Both the position numbers and the translations under genes were made by a program. The notes under the pieces are model-generated. The model saw only the letters and a program-made list of their open reading frames with translations. It ran no database searches and was not told where the DNA came from. A DNA stretch of 64,000 bases from Glaucostegus cemiculus (Eukaryota). Within the stretch, counting starts at the first letter, position 1; every line of letters starts with the position of its first letter. Below are positions 1 through 11,207 of this stretch, one piece after another. Location of the stretch: NCBI GenBank assembly GCA_976551045.1, contig CDPCPM010000160.1, positions 992,001 to 1,056,000 on the forward strand, given 5' to 3'.

Positions 1-2299
1 GAACAAGTAATGTTGTGGGTAATTCCATGGAGATCATGACTTAATACTTGGTGTTAAATGTCCTCAGCCATTTCTAACAATCAGTGAGCGAGGGAGTAAA
101 TGATCCGTCAATGATTGAGAAAACTAAAGAAGCATAATTCTGGATCATGGCGCCATCTATCAACTTTCCAGGGTGGAATAAAACCCACATTGCTTTCACA
201 TGTTCGGTTTAAAATGTAACCAAGATGCCATGCATAGTTTGGAAAGTTTGCAATCTCAATCGGAAAACAAATAACCTGAATGACCTCACTTCCACTCCTG
301 TCCTTGGTTTTGGAAATAATGAATAAGTGTTGACTGCCTGTGGCTGTTACAGTCAGGCAATGTTTGGAATGTGAGATCACATTTTCCTCTTTCATTGGCA
401 GATTACTATATCCGGCACACGCATCATCTGTTTGGCCACAACACTCAAGGTACGTGATATATTTCATTCTCTTTCTCTCTTTACACTATCGTTCCTAATG
501 CCCAGTGAGGGTATCTGTAAAGTTCTGGTGGTTCTCTGACCCCTTGCGGCCAGCAGCAGCACAAGAGCAATCATAATACATGAATCATTTAAACCCACAT
601 CCAGGCATTCCTGCGCACCTGGCGCGCCGATCATTTTGCAATCACAAAGCTGAGAAACTATTCGGGTGTAAGGACAAAGCAATGGAACGCAGGACATGTA
701 ACAACCTGTCTAATGGGAGGATATTCTGGCCAGACCACGCACCAAGTTCCACTGCGTCATAACAGTCAGAGCCCCGACAGGAATCCATTCATCCAATCAT
801 CTCCGTTCCTGCTGACAAAGAACTACTCAGTCTCGCCCCGTTTCACAGTTCACAAACCTACGGACCTGTGTCGGCCCCTGAGATCCAGCCTCATCACTGC
901 GTGTAATATGCTCACATATTCGTCAAAAGTCCGTCTCCGTCGCAAGGTGTCGCAAGGTACCATAATGTGTAGGTCAGCGGTGGTTTCGGGGGGCGGGGAG
1001 TGGTGGGAATGTGGGGACAATAGAATTGGGTGAATGAAAATAGGTGCTTGGTGTTCAGCACAGACGAGCTAGGCCGAAGGGCCTGTTTCCGTGCTGCATG
1101 ACTCCATGGCTCTAACCCCCGCCAAGCTCCTGCCTCAATCCATCCAGCTGAATTTTCTACGAATAGAACAAAATCTTTCAGTGAGCATTTGATTATTCTA
1201 ACACAGCGGCCATTTCTGTGGGTCCGAAAGCAAGATTAACCTCCTTAATCTTACTTCACAGTGAAACTTCTGCAATTCCTCCCAATTCTTGTTTGCAACA
1301 TCCAGTGTTGTCACGTCATTCCTGCTCCGTGAGGGCCAGAGCTGTACACTGTGTTCCTTCAGTACACTAACTGGTGAATTGCTCAGGTCTGGTGTGACTT
1401 TCCCGCTCACACATTCGATGTCACAGCGTCATGGAGTTCTGCAGAAACAGGCCATGTTCTGGCCAAAATCTGAAAATCTCTAGTGTGCTTTCAGAACCAA
1501 TTCCTCCACCTCCCCTCTGCCATCTATGGACATGCCCTCCAGGTCCATTCGATCCCAGTTAACAGGAAACACGTAACAGAGATGAGATCTGGGTGAAACG
1601 GCCGAATCATGGCGAAAACAAAGAACTGGCTGACCGAGAAATTGCACCACACCGTTATTTCCAGCGAGAACCAACGTACGTATGACGTTGTTTATAAGTC
1701 GAATAAAGAGCTAGAGCATCAACAGGCAGATTATCCGAACAGTGTAGTTGGGTTACACGATGCTACCGGGCTCAGACGGACACTGAGCGTCTCTGAACGG
1801 GATACCCCACGATACAATCAGGCGTCTGCACTAACGAGGAAATGTGGCCCTTGAGTGGATAGACGCTGAAGATACGGTGGTGTGTCGGTCCCAGGGGACT
1901 ATGAACGGACTGATGACTGGCAGTGCCCAAGGGAGAGAACAGGGTAACATAAAACAGATGCTGCGAAACTAAATTACGAACAGAAAATGCAGGTAATACT
2001 CAGCAGATCAGGCAGCAAGGAGGGTTTACAGGTTTCTGATTATTCGTCAGAACCATAAAGTCAGATACAAGCCTCACGTCAAGAGACCAGGGGTGGAAAC
2101 GACCAAAGTGTATGTCTGTGATAGGGCGGAGATCACGGTTGCCTGGGTGACACGAAGCTTTTGGTGCTTTCTTAGAGTGGAAGGTGAACGGTTGCTGATC
2201 TCTCTGGAGAAGGGTAATCGGAGGAAAGTATTTGAGAACAAAGGAGAGAGGGGCAAGAATAAATATTTCCCCATAGAAGACAGTGGTCCATTGGACTAA

Positions 2300-3360
2300 C
2301 TCTCGCTGTATGTCGGTGACTAGCAGTGTTCTGCAGGGATCCGAACAGATCTTCTCTAAAAGACGTACGGGTAGGTTAATTTGGGGGTTTAAATTGGGCG
2401 GAGCGGACTCGTTGGGCCGAAAGGGCCTGTTACCACGCTGTAAATAAAAAGTAAAAGAAAAAAAATAAAATTCTGCTGTTTGTGATATTTATAAATGACC
2501 TGGATGAAAATGTAGGTGGGTGGATTAGTAAGTTTGCAGACGATACGAAGACTGGTGGTGCTGTTGTTAGCGTAGAAGACTACAAAGGATACCGAGGGAT
2601 ATGGATCAGATACGGGTGGAGAAATGGAGATGGTATTTAACCTGCTTAAATGTGAAGTGTTGCGCTTTCGTAGATCAAACGTAGTTCCCTGTTTGTGGCA
2701 AGACACATAACAGTGTTGCTATGCAGATGGATCTTGTGGTCCAAGTCCATAGCTCCCTGAATGTGGCTGCACAGGTTGATAATTTGGAAGAGAAAGCGAA
2801 TTGCATGCCAGACTTTATTCGTCGAGTTATTGAGTTCAGGGGTTGGGAAATAATGCTGCAGGTTTGTAATACTCCACGCATCTGCAGTGTTGCGTTCAAT
2901 TCTGGTCACCTCGTAAGAGGAAGAAAGTGGAGGCTTTGGAGAGGGTTTACCAGGGTGCTGTCTGGATTAGAGGGCATGTGCTATAGGGAGAGGTCGGACA
3001 GAACTGAATTGCTTTCTCTGCGGCGGAGGCTGAAATGAGAACTGATAGACAGTATATGTTACCCAGGGTTGAAATATCTAGAGTGCATACATTTAAGGTG
3101 ATGGGGAGTAAGGTCAAAGGACATGTGAGAGGCACATTTTCTACCCACCTCTGTGTTGGGTACCCTGAATGCTGCGCCAGCAGTGGTGGTGCAGGCAAAT
3201 ACGATAGAGGACTTCAAGAGGCCCTTAGAAATACACATGAATGCACAGAAAACGGAGGGATATGGAAATTGTTGAGTTGGCCATGTGATTCAATCTCTTC
3301 GGTACAACATTGAGGGCCGATGCGCCTGTTCCTGTGCTGTACTGTTTGTATGTTCTACAC
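2300..3360 (+). mobile_element. Decayed CR1-clade LINE 3' fragment with a nested SINE 3' half (about 2355-2470)
   Basis: Encodes INDLDENVGGWISKFADDT (RT core) at about 2490-2550, then typical CR1 3' sequence ending GGGCCGA..GCCTGTTCCTGTGCTGTACTG. Confidence 0.85.
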
Positions 3361-5113
3361 TGGAACTGTAAGATAGAGGAGAAATTGGGGCGAGAATCTC
3401 TGAAATGAAAGGGAATTCTGTAAGCAATTCTGTGGAGAGAGAGAGAAACTGGATTTCGCCTGAAATCGGAACTGACCTGTACTGCCACAAACAGGCAGGC
3501 TGTTTATCTGAAATTTTTGAATACGTTATTGATTCCCCGTGCGGAAGTAAAGGGTGAAGAAACCGTGACTGACTGTAACTGTACATATAACTGATAGAAA
3601 ACTCCCTCGGAAGCAAGAGCACAAAAGCTACTGACTCATGGTGAGGTGATAATTACTGTGCTCGGAACATTGGATATAGACCAGGTATGCTAGACAATAA
3701 AAGTGCTGGGTGCAATAATCAATGAGTGAGAAGCTTGCTCTAAACAATGAGGGTGATACCTGTCTTTGAATCTCTTGATTATAAACCAATTATGTTGGAC
3801 AATATGTACGATGTCTGTCTTTGGATCTCCGAGGCCTGACCGAAATTTGCGGCGCCGCATTCATTATGTGTGCATGGCAATACCTGTATAAATTTCCGTC
3901 TGATCCTTTGTACGAAAGAGTCCCCGGGAAGCAATTCTCACGAGTGCTAAAGAGACCTCTCCTCAGCGGTGTACTTCTAATACACGCGTTTTATTGAATC
4001 AACCTGGTGGCACTGTGTTACTTTGCCGCAGACAGAAGTGGGAACGAAAACGGGACGACACCCGGGGTCTGCAATGAGCAGAGGCGGCTAGTGAGGTTCC
4101 ACGGAGGGATTGTACTGTTTTGTTAGGTATTGGGTGTGATTGGCAAACACTCTCAGGTCGGCCCGGGGGCGCTACTGCCACGGAGCTGTCAGGGAGAGCT
4201 CCCTAAAGCTCTGAGTGTCTTCTCTGATGCCTGTGTATTGGAGGAAGTCGGACAACCCCTAGTTCCAGACGAACCTACTTTTCCCTGTTCGAAGAGTAGT
4301 TCAAGTCAGCAGACCTTGAACCTGGGGTTCATCTGCACTGGATAAACTAACGAAGTAATGAGAAGCAGACACGATGAGATATGGCAGAGATCGACTCAGG
4401 ATCCCGCAATGATGCAGAGACCAGGACACGAGAGTGCTGGTGATCCGGACCTCCCGCGGGACAGCTTTGAAGACTCGTGTGCGATTGTGGGTTTCAGGGG
4501 TGAGTTGGTCACAGACCTCAATGAGGGGCTAACTTTGAGAGCGGGACCCTCAAATTGCACTGTTTCCATGGTACCGAGGCCATGAAAACCCGGAACATCA
4601 CCGAGTCTCTGTGAATTTTCAGCTCAATGAGATAGAAACACTCTCCTGGGACTAACATCGGCGATTCGCCCAAGGGACGTCACTGAGCCCACCGCTAAAT
4701 TTCGCAGAAATGTAGCGGGTCTTCGGACCGAAATCACGTTGAAAGCAGGAGAGCGTAGGACCAAGTGTAACTGGCTGAGGTTCCCTGTTGTTCTCATTTT
4801 AGATATGGCACAGTCACAGAGAACAGAGAGAGCAGCAGTAAGTGAAGAGGGATCGGCCGGGTTCTCACGGCGCGGGGTTCCGCACCCACAGGAACCCTCT
4901 CCCCGAATCCGAACGGCCGGCCGATACCTGTCCGGAAGGGACCCCAAACTGAATCGAATCCTATCCATTATATGTAATTTCTCGTTCGGGAAGAGTGCAT
5001 TCTCCAACAATTGAGTTGGGTAGAAAAGGTTAAATATATTCATTCACCACAGTAATAAAATGAAAATATAAGTCCGGAAATAAATGACTAAACAAGACCA
5101 ATGTCTCACTCAC

Positions 5114-5431
5114 CAAGGACCCGCAGAGTGATGGTCGCTGAAGCTGAAGAGCCGCTATTCGTAAGCACGGTCAGACGATACTCCCCGCTGTCCGAGGTGT
5201 TCACCGACTTCAACAGGAGCGACCCGTTGGAGGTGAATACCTCAGCCCGTGATTGGTACCCACTACCATAGAGCACACTTTCACCGGTCCACTGGGCGAC
5301 TGTTTTCCCATTGAAAAACAAGTTCCCACCGGTGATCTCGGCCGACGGCCGCACTGAGAAGAAGGCATTTCCTCCGTCGGTCACATTGATCCGGCTCTGT
5401 TCTGCGTTGATGGGAAAAGCCTGAGACTCAC
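5114..5431 (-). CDS. Gene A exon 2, cysteine-less IgV-like CEACAM N domain (GESQAFPINAEQ...NGSLLLKSVNTSDSGEYRLTV...ITLRVL)
   Basis: 318 nt, acceptor CTTCCTCAG and donor G|GTGAGT. NGSLL and DSGxY motifs with no Cys are typical of CEACAM N domains. Confidence 0.9.
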
Positions 5432-5601
5432 CTGAGGAAGAGAAAATCGCGTGAGGGTAAAGCAAAAGAAGCGGATGGACTCCAGAATCTGCACTTAGCT
5501 CAAAAATTAGATCGTCTTTTGAAAGCTCATCCGCTTTTCCACAACTACCCGTTGCTGTGGTGATTCCCTGTTTACGGTCCTTCCGAGAGAGTGACCCTCA
5601 C

Positions 5602-5653
5602 CCGCAGGTATGAAGAGACAAAGAACGAGCGCGGTGAGCGGCAGACCCGCCAT
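5602..5653 (-). CDS. Gene A exon 1, signal peptide MAGLPLTALVLCLFIPA(G)
   Basis: ATG at 5653-5651, 52 nt, hydrophobic leader, phase-1 donor G|GTGAGG; paralogous to 10668-10719. Confidence 0.88.
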
Positions 5654-5749
5654 CCCAAGAGAGTAGCGTCTGTGTCTGCAACACTCGGAGACTGAGCCGC
5701 GCTTCCTGGTCTCCGGGCCACATCACTGGAGTCAGTCGTCAGAAGCGGC

Positions 5750-5765
5750 ACAGCTGATTGGACCG
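5750..5765 (-). promoter_or_regulatory. CCAAT box upstream of gene A
   Basis: GCTGATTGG on + (CCAATCAGC on -) about 105 nt upstream of the ATG; the same motif sits at the equivalent position in gene B. Confidence 0.5.
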
Positions 5766-5974
5766 ACTGCTGCCTGCCTGCGGAGTAGGCAGAGAACGAA
5801 GAAAAGTAAAACTGAGCAGGACCATTCGGCCCCTCGTACATTTTCCATCATGCTGTACCATCACATGTGACCTTTTGTCAGCACCACTTCCCTGCACTAA
5901 ACTCTAAAGGAGAGGAGAAGGGGTATCAACTTCTTTTTCCAGGGTAGAAATGTCTGATGCCAGAGGGCACGGGT

Positions 5975-6320
5975 TTATAGAACATAGAACATAGAAAATC
6001 TGCAGCACAATTCAGCCCTTTCGGCCCACAAAGCTGTGCTGAACATGTCCGTGCACTAGAAATTACTGGGCATTCCATAGACCTCTATTTTACTAAGCTC
6101 CATGTACCTATCTAACAGTCTCTTGAATGACCCTATCGTATCCGCCTCCACCACCGTTGTCGGCAGCCCATTCCACGCACTCACCACTCTCTGAGTAAAA
6201 CATTTACCCCTGACATCTCCTCTATATCTGCTCCCAAGCACCTTAAACCTATGTCCTCTTGTGGCCACAATTTCAGCCCTGGGGAAAAGCCTCTAACTAT
6301 CTACCCGATCAATACCTCTC
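5975..6320 (-). mobile_element. CR1-clade LINE 3' end, inserted antisense inside another CR1 3' fragment (about 5900-5975 and 6320-6590, +)
   Basis: TRGHRFKV...FTQRVVSAWNGLP C-terminal ORF2 motif and (ATAGAAC)n tail repeat. Confidence 0.85.
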
Positions 6321-7244
6321 TATGGTGAAAGGGGGACGTTTGAAGGAGACGTAGGAGGCAAGTGGGTGGGTGGGTGTCTGGAACGGGCTACCGGCGGTGC
6401 AAGCAGTTACAACAGTAAATTTTCAGCAGCATTTGGGCTGGCAACTGAGCATTCAGAGAATGGAGGGATATGGACCATCCGCATGCAGATGAGATTATTT
6501 TAAATTGACACCCTGGCAGGCACAAACAAGGTGGGCTGAAGGGCCTGGTCCTGTGCTGTACTGTTCTATGTCCTACATTCTATGTTCTATTTTTTGCCGC
6601 TTGATTCTTTACGATCAAGAAATCCTCTTCTTGATCCCTCAGAGACTGACTCACTGTAACCATCCTTGGAATGTTCGAAATATGTTCACCAACGTCTGGT
6701 TGGATGAACAATTTTATCCTCGTCTCCACACTCGTGCAGTCATAGATCTGAAACGACTTTTAATCTCACACACAAAAATAAAATTTCAACTCTCTGTCGT
6801 TCTGGTTTGTTTTCAATAATAGTCAGCCCACGCGGGAATATTACACATTCTAGTGCTCTAATTATGTGTAAAAGCCCTATGCAGGACCTTGTCAACTATG
6901 TTCTGTCGGAGCAAATACATCGTATCATCTGGTTCGTCCTTAAATATTCTGCTGGTAACAATCTGGAAAAAAATCAGATTTGTCAAGCATGCTTTCTGTC
7001 CCATGAATCTATTTTGACACTGACCTACCGTGGTATTATTTTCTCAGTGTTAATGAGAGACTCTTGAAACTCCCCAGACCTTAATGCCAGTCTAACCTCT
7101 CCTGATCTCTCTTTTTTGTTCTCTTCCTCCTTTCTGATATAGCAATGTTACCTTTCCTACTTTCCAATCTGTGGGGATTTTTCTGAACTCTGAGGAATTT
7201 AGGATAAGGACAACCCATGTGCCCACTTCCTCCATTGTCATCGT

Positions 7245-7540
7245 GAGGCGGTCAGTGTAACGTTATTACAGCGCTAGCGACCCGGGTTCAATTTCAGCCG
7301 CTGAAGAGTTTGTACGTTCTCCCCGTGTCTTCGTGGGTTTCCTCCGGGTGCTCCGGCTTCCTCCCACATTCCAAAAGACGTACATGTTAGGAGTTGAGGG
7401 CATACTATGTTGGCTCCGGAAGCGTGGCGACACTTGCTGGCTACCCAGCACATTCTCAGCAACGCAAAAAGACGCATTTCATTACTTGTTTCGATGTACA
7501 TGTGACTAATAAATAAATATCTTTTCTTATCTCTTTTAAA
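7245..7540 (+). mobile_element. tRNA-derived V-SINE (HE1-like)
   Basis: B-box-like GGTTCAATT, V-SINE core GAGTTTGTACGTTCTCCCCGTGTC..GTGGGTTTCCTCCGGGTGCTCCGG..CCTCCCACA, simple-repeat tail. Confidence 0.85.
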
Positions 7541-8824
7541 ACATCCGGTTCCATGCACCAGATCCTGAAAATAAACTTTTAAATTAACTAATGTTCATTT
7601 CTTTTAGATCCTGTTTTTTTTTTCTCCACACCTGTTCCCCACCACAGTGTGGATTGTTCTTCCTCCTTCCCTGAAGACACACGACAATATTCGCTTACCT
7701 CCTCGGCCATTTCCTTATTCTTATATATAGTTTAGTGCTTCCGTCTGCAAAACACCGGCGATTAACTCTTGCTGTTCCTTTTCACGTTTACCTTTGGAGA
7801 AATTCCTTCGGTAGGACTCGTAGGTGAATGCAGATTATGTGGATTGGGAATCTACCGAACAATAATGGGAGAGGGATTTTCCATTTTCACTGCCATGTCT
7901 CTCTAAGCGGGACATGGGAACGCTCTAAGTAAATGAGTTCTGGTTCAATCCTCCACCTCTATTTTCACCCTCTTCCATCTCTATGACAGCTGCCCTTTCT
8001 CTGCTTTATTTCCCAACATCTACATTCCCAAATACCCAATCTGTCAATATCGTCAGTTTGCTTCTACTTCTTTCAGTTCTGTGGACTGAGGTTGTTGTTT
8101 TGGACGGTTGCGCCCACTGAAATGTGGGGAATACATTAGCCTTTGATGCCGTCCATTCAACCAGACGTCAGACCCTGATCTTCCACACTGTCTCATCTCT
8201 CGGTCCTCAATGCCCCCCTCCCCATTGAATACCTGATTCCAGAAGGATTAACAGGGCGGGCGGGTACGGAGAGGTTATTTCCTCTGCGCTGTGGGGTGTG
8301 AAACAAGGGGAGGCTGTCTCAGGATAAAAGCTGTCCATATAATACAGTGATTAGGATGCTTTTATTCTCCAGAGGACTGTGAACCTTTGACATTCTGACC
8401 CAGGATGCAGCGAATATTCAGTCTCAGAGTGCAAAGTTTTTAGATAGGGTAAGTCTTGATTATGGACTCTTAAAGATTCCGGAGATTGCAGGCGACGTGC
8501 GATATCGGACATGACCCGTCTGAAAGGCGGAGCCGGCTAGAAGATTCGGGTGGTCTGCAGTTACCCACATGACCCCAGGTCCACGGATGCCAAACCACCC
8601 ACTTGTAGTAACAGGCCTACGCCTGTGCTCTGCGCTGTTGCACTTTCGACCACACATTTGAAAGCAGCTGTTACAGTGTTGGTAACAGGTGTGCAGTTGT
8701 GCCCCTCCATAGAAATGCTGACCTGCTGAATGTCTGAGCAGTGGAGCATCCTGACACGGGACTACCCTTCCCTAGATATTTGAAAGTTAATGTAGACTTT
8801 AAAGGAGGAGGCATCAAAATTGTT

Positions 8825-9065
8825 ATTAATTTATTTATTGGTATTGGTATTGGATTATTATTGTCACGTACCGAGGTACAGTGAAAAGCTTGTCTTCCAA
8901 ACCAATCGTACAGGTCAACTCATTACACAGTGCAGTTACATTGAGTTAAAAGAGTGCATTGGTGTAGTACAGGTAAAAAATAATGGCAGTACAGAGTAAA
9001 GTGTCACAGGTACAGAGAAAGAGCAGTGCAATAAGGTGCAAGGTCGCACCAAGTTAGATCGTGAA
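8825..9065. repeat. Interspersed repeat, related to an inverted copy at about 57380-57650
   Basis: TTATTATTGTCACGTACCGAGGTA...CATTACACAGTGCA...GTAGTACAGGTAAAA matches the reverse complement of 57500-57645. Confidence 0.65.
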
Positions 9066-10321
9066 GAATATATAACATGATTTTCCTTTGCATTTCGGGG
9101 ATGCTCTAATTATATCATCCACATAGAAAGATGGTGCAGGGAACAGACATTTGCAGGTTCCGAACCTTGGGTCAACTGTTGATAAATCGCTGACAAAGGG
9201 AGAAGCTCAGAACACCAGGGAAATGCGCTGTTCCGTGGCTTCTTTCACCTTCATTTCCAGAATCCAGAGTCCGAGACGAATAACAAAGATCTCCTTCAGA
9301 TTGTTATAGGATTCTAACGGCCATTAAACGGCCACGGTCTCAACAACTCAACCTTAAGTTTCTGCTGATACATTAAAGAACATTTCCTTTGTAGAAAGAA
9401 AGGTGAAGTGTTAATGCTGGTGTTCAAGAGGATTTGGATGCACATGTGTGGGGTACACGGGTGTTTAACACGAAGCTATAATGTGCACCGAGGACAAAGG
9501 CTATGGTATCCTTTATGACAAACACTTTGGAGACTCAATGTACGAAATTCTGTTGAAACTGCCCAGGATTTTGGGAGAAAGTGGACATGATGTCCAACGT
9601 ACAGTCCACCAAAGATAGGACAGACATGCCTTGAGGTTTCCCGCAGACCGATGACCAATTAGGATGTGCAGAGTCTGAGAGTCCTCAAAGAGAGGTAAAT
9701 GAATGCTGAGAGTCATTGGCAGAGGAGATGCTGAAAATGTTGATGCCACTTTCCTCTTTCCCATATTCGAAACCCAGGACTCGAATAATGGGTCATCATT
9801 AAGATTGGGAAACACTGGAACAGAACGCGTGTTTCATCCACTCCACTCCGCTCGGCAGTAAGATCACGGCTAATCTGATCTTGGTCACACCTGAATTCCA
9901 GTCGGTCCCCCATCAGTCGCAACCCCGGATGTTCAAATACATGTCTGTCTCGGCTGTGAATATTGTACACTCAATGACCCCACCTTCAGAGCTCTCCGGA
10001 TAGAGAAGTCAAAAGGTTCACCACCCTCGTTGAGTACAAACACCTCCTCGTCTGCATGTTAATTGCGTGACCACTTACTCTGAAATTCTTCCCCGTGCGA
10101 TATATCCTCGCTCGGATCCTCTGTGACAGCACAAACTATCCAAACCCCACTCCAGATTTTACAAAAATAGAATAAAGTCAAAATAGTTTGGGAGCAGGAT
10201 TTTTATTCCCAGCTTTCTTTCGACGTGGAGGTCAGGAACACGAGCGGCAAACGGGAAGCAGAGATGGGAACGTGGTCAAAGTCCGGGAGGAGGGTGATGT
10301 TTGTCTGAGCATGATTCTATC

Positions 10322-10357
10322 TGCGTGCGTGCGTGCGTTCGTGCGTTCGTGCGTGTG

Positions 10358-10440
<83 letters not shown>

Positions 10441-10475
10441 GTTTGTATGTGCATCTGTATCGGTGTTTGTGTGTG
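10322..10475. repeat. Compound microsatellite (GCGT)n-(GT)n-(GTCT)n
   Basis: Directly visible. Confidence 0.97.
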
Positions 10476-10544
10476 TCTTTCTCTGTTTCTGTTGCTGACA
10501 GTTTGCAAGTGATTTTGATTCGCTGGAAATTCTTTGCTGTCAGC

Positions 10545-10569
10545 TGGGCGGGGACCGGGCCAATCAGCG
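10545..10569 (+). promoter_or_regulatory. GC box plus CCAAT box upstream of gene B
   Basis: GGGCGGGG followed by GGCCAATCAGC about 105-120 nt upstream of ATG 10668; no obvious TATA box. Confidence 0.55.
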
Positions 10570-10667
10570 CTGCCGCCTCTAACGACCGACTCCAGTGAAG
10601 TGGCCTGGAGTTCAGGAAGCGCGGCTCAGTCTCCCAGTGTAACAGACACAGACGCTGCTCTCTTGAG

Positions 10668-10719
10668 ATGGCGGGGCTTCCGCTCACCGCGCTCGCTCTT
10701 TGTCTCTTCATATCTGCGG
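10668..10719 (+). CDS. Gene B exon 1, signal peptide MAGLPLTALALCLFISA(G)
   Basis: GAGATGG start context, 52 nt, donor G|GTGAGG. Confidence 0.9.
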
Positions 10720-10889
10720 GTGAGGGTCAGTCTCTCGGAGGGACCGTTAACAGGGAATCACCACAGCGGCGGATGGCTGTGGAAAAGCAGATGAGCTTCC
10801 CAGAGACGATCTAATTATTGAGCTAAGTGCAGATTCCGGAGTCTCTCCGCTTCTTTCGCTTTTCCCTCATACGAATTTCTCTTCCTCAG

Positions 10890-11207
10890 GTGAGTCTCAG
10901 GCTTTTACCATCAACGTAGAACACAGCGAGATCAATGCGAAAGACGGAGAAAATGTGTTCTTTTCAGTGCGACCGTCGGGCGAGATCAACGGTGGGAACT
11001 GGTTTTTCAATGGGAAAACAGTCGTCCAGTGGACCGGTGGAAGTGTGATCTATGGTAGTGGGTACCAATCACGGGCTGAGGTATTCACCTCCAACGGGTC
11101 GCTCCTGCTGAAGTCGGTGAACACCTCGGACAGCGGGGAATATCGTCTGACCGTGCTTACGAATAGCGGCTCTTCAGCTTCAGCGATCATCACTCTGCGG
11201 GTCCTTG
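10890..11207 (+). CDS. Gene B exon 2, IgV-like N domain (GESQAFTINVEHSEINAKDGENVFFSV...GNWFFNG...DSGEYRLTV...ITLRVL)
   Basis: 318 nt, AG at 10888-10889, GT at 11208; no Cys, conserved W, NGSLL and DSGEY. Confidence 0.92.

Larger units (their letters stand above)
5114..5653 (-). other. CEACAM-family gene A, 5' part only (leader + IgV-like N exon); continues past the left window edge
   Basis: Two exons with canonical splice sites and compatible phase, highly similar to gene B exons 1-2. No downstream A/B-domain exon recognised in 1-5113. Confidence 0.85.

Noticed and set aside
1-900. Minus-strand ORFs (119 and 77 aa, one with a hydrophobic stretch) as gene A exons or a retroviral env remnant
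   Set aside because: No Ig C-W-C pattern, CEACAM TM motif or matching splice sites; env similarity cannot be supported without a database search.
3700-4620. LTR/leader-like sequence with a minus-strand AATAAA near 3990
   Set aside because: No clear termini, primer-binding site or second copy identified.
10188-10711. ORFs with CVCVCV / HTHTHT runs
   Set aside because: Translations of the (GT)n microsatellite, not proteins.
10534-10794. Similar 86-89 aa ORFs here and at 5572-5841 (minus)
   Set aside because: Off-frame readings across the duplicated 5' UTR, leader exon and intron 1; the true frame is the MAGLPLT signal peptide.
10896-10900. Alternative acceptor CTCAG 11 nt into exon 2
   Set aside because: Its use would put the N domain out of frame with the phase-1 leader.
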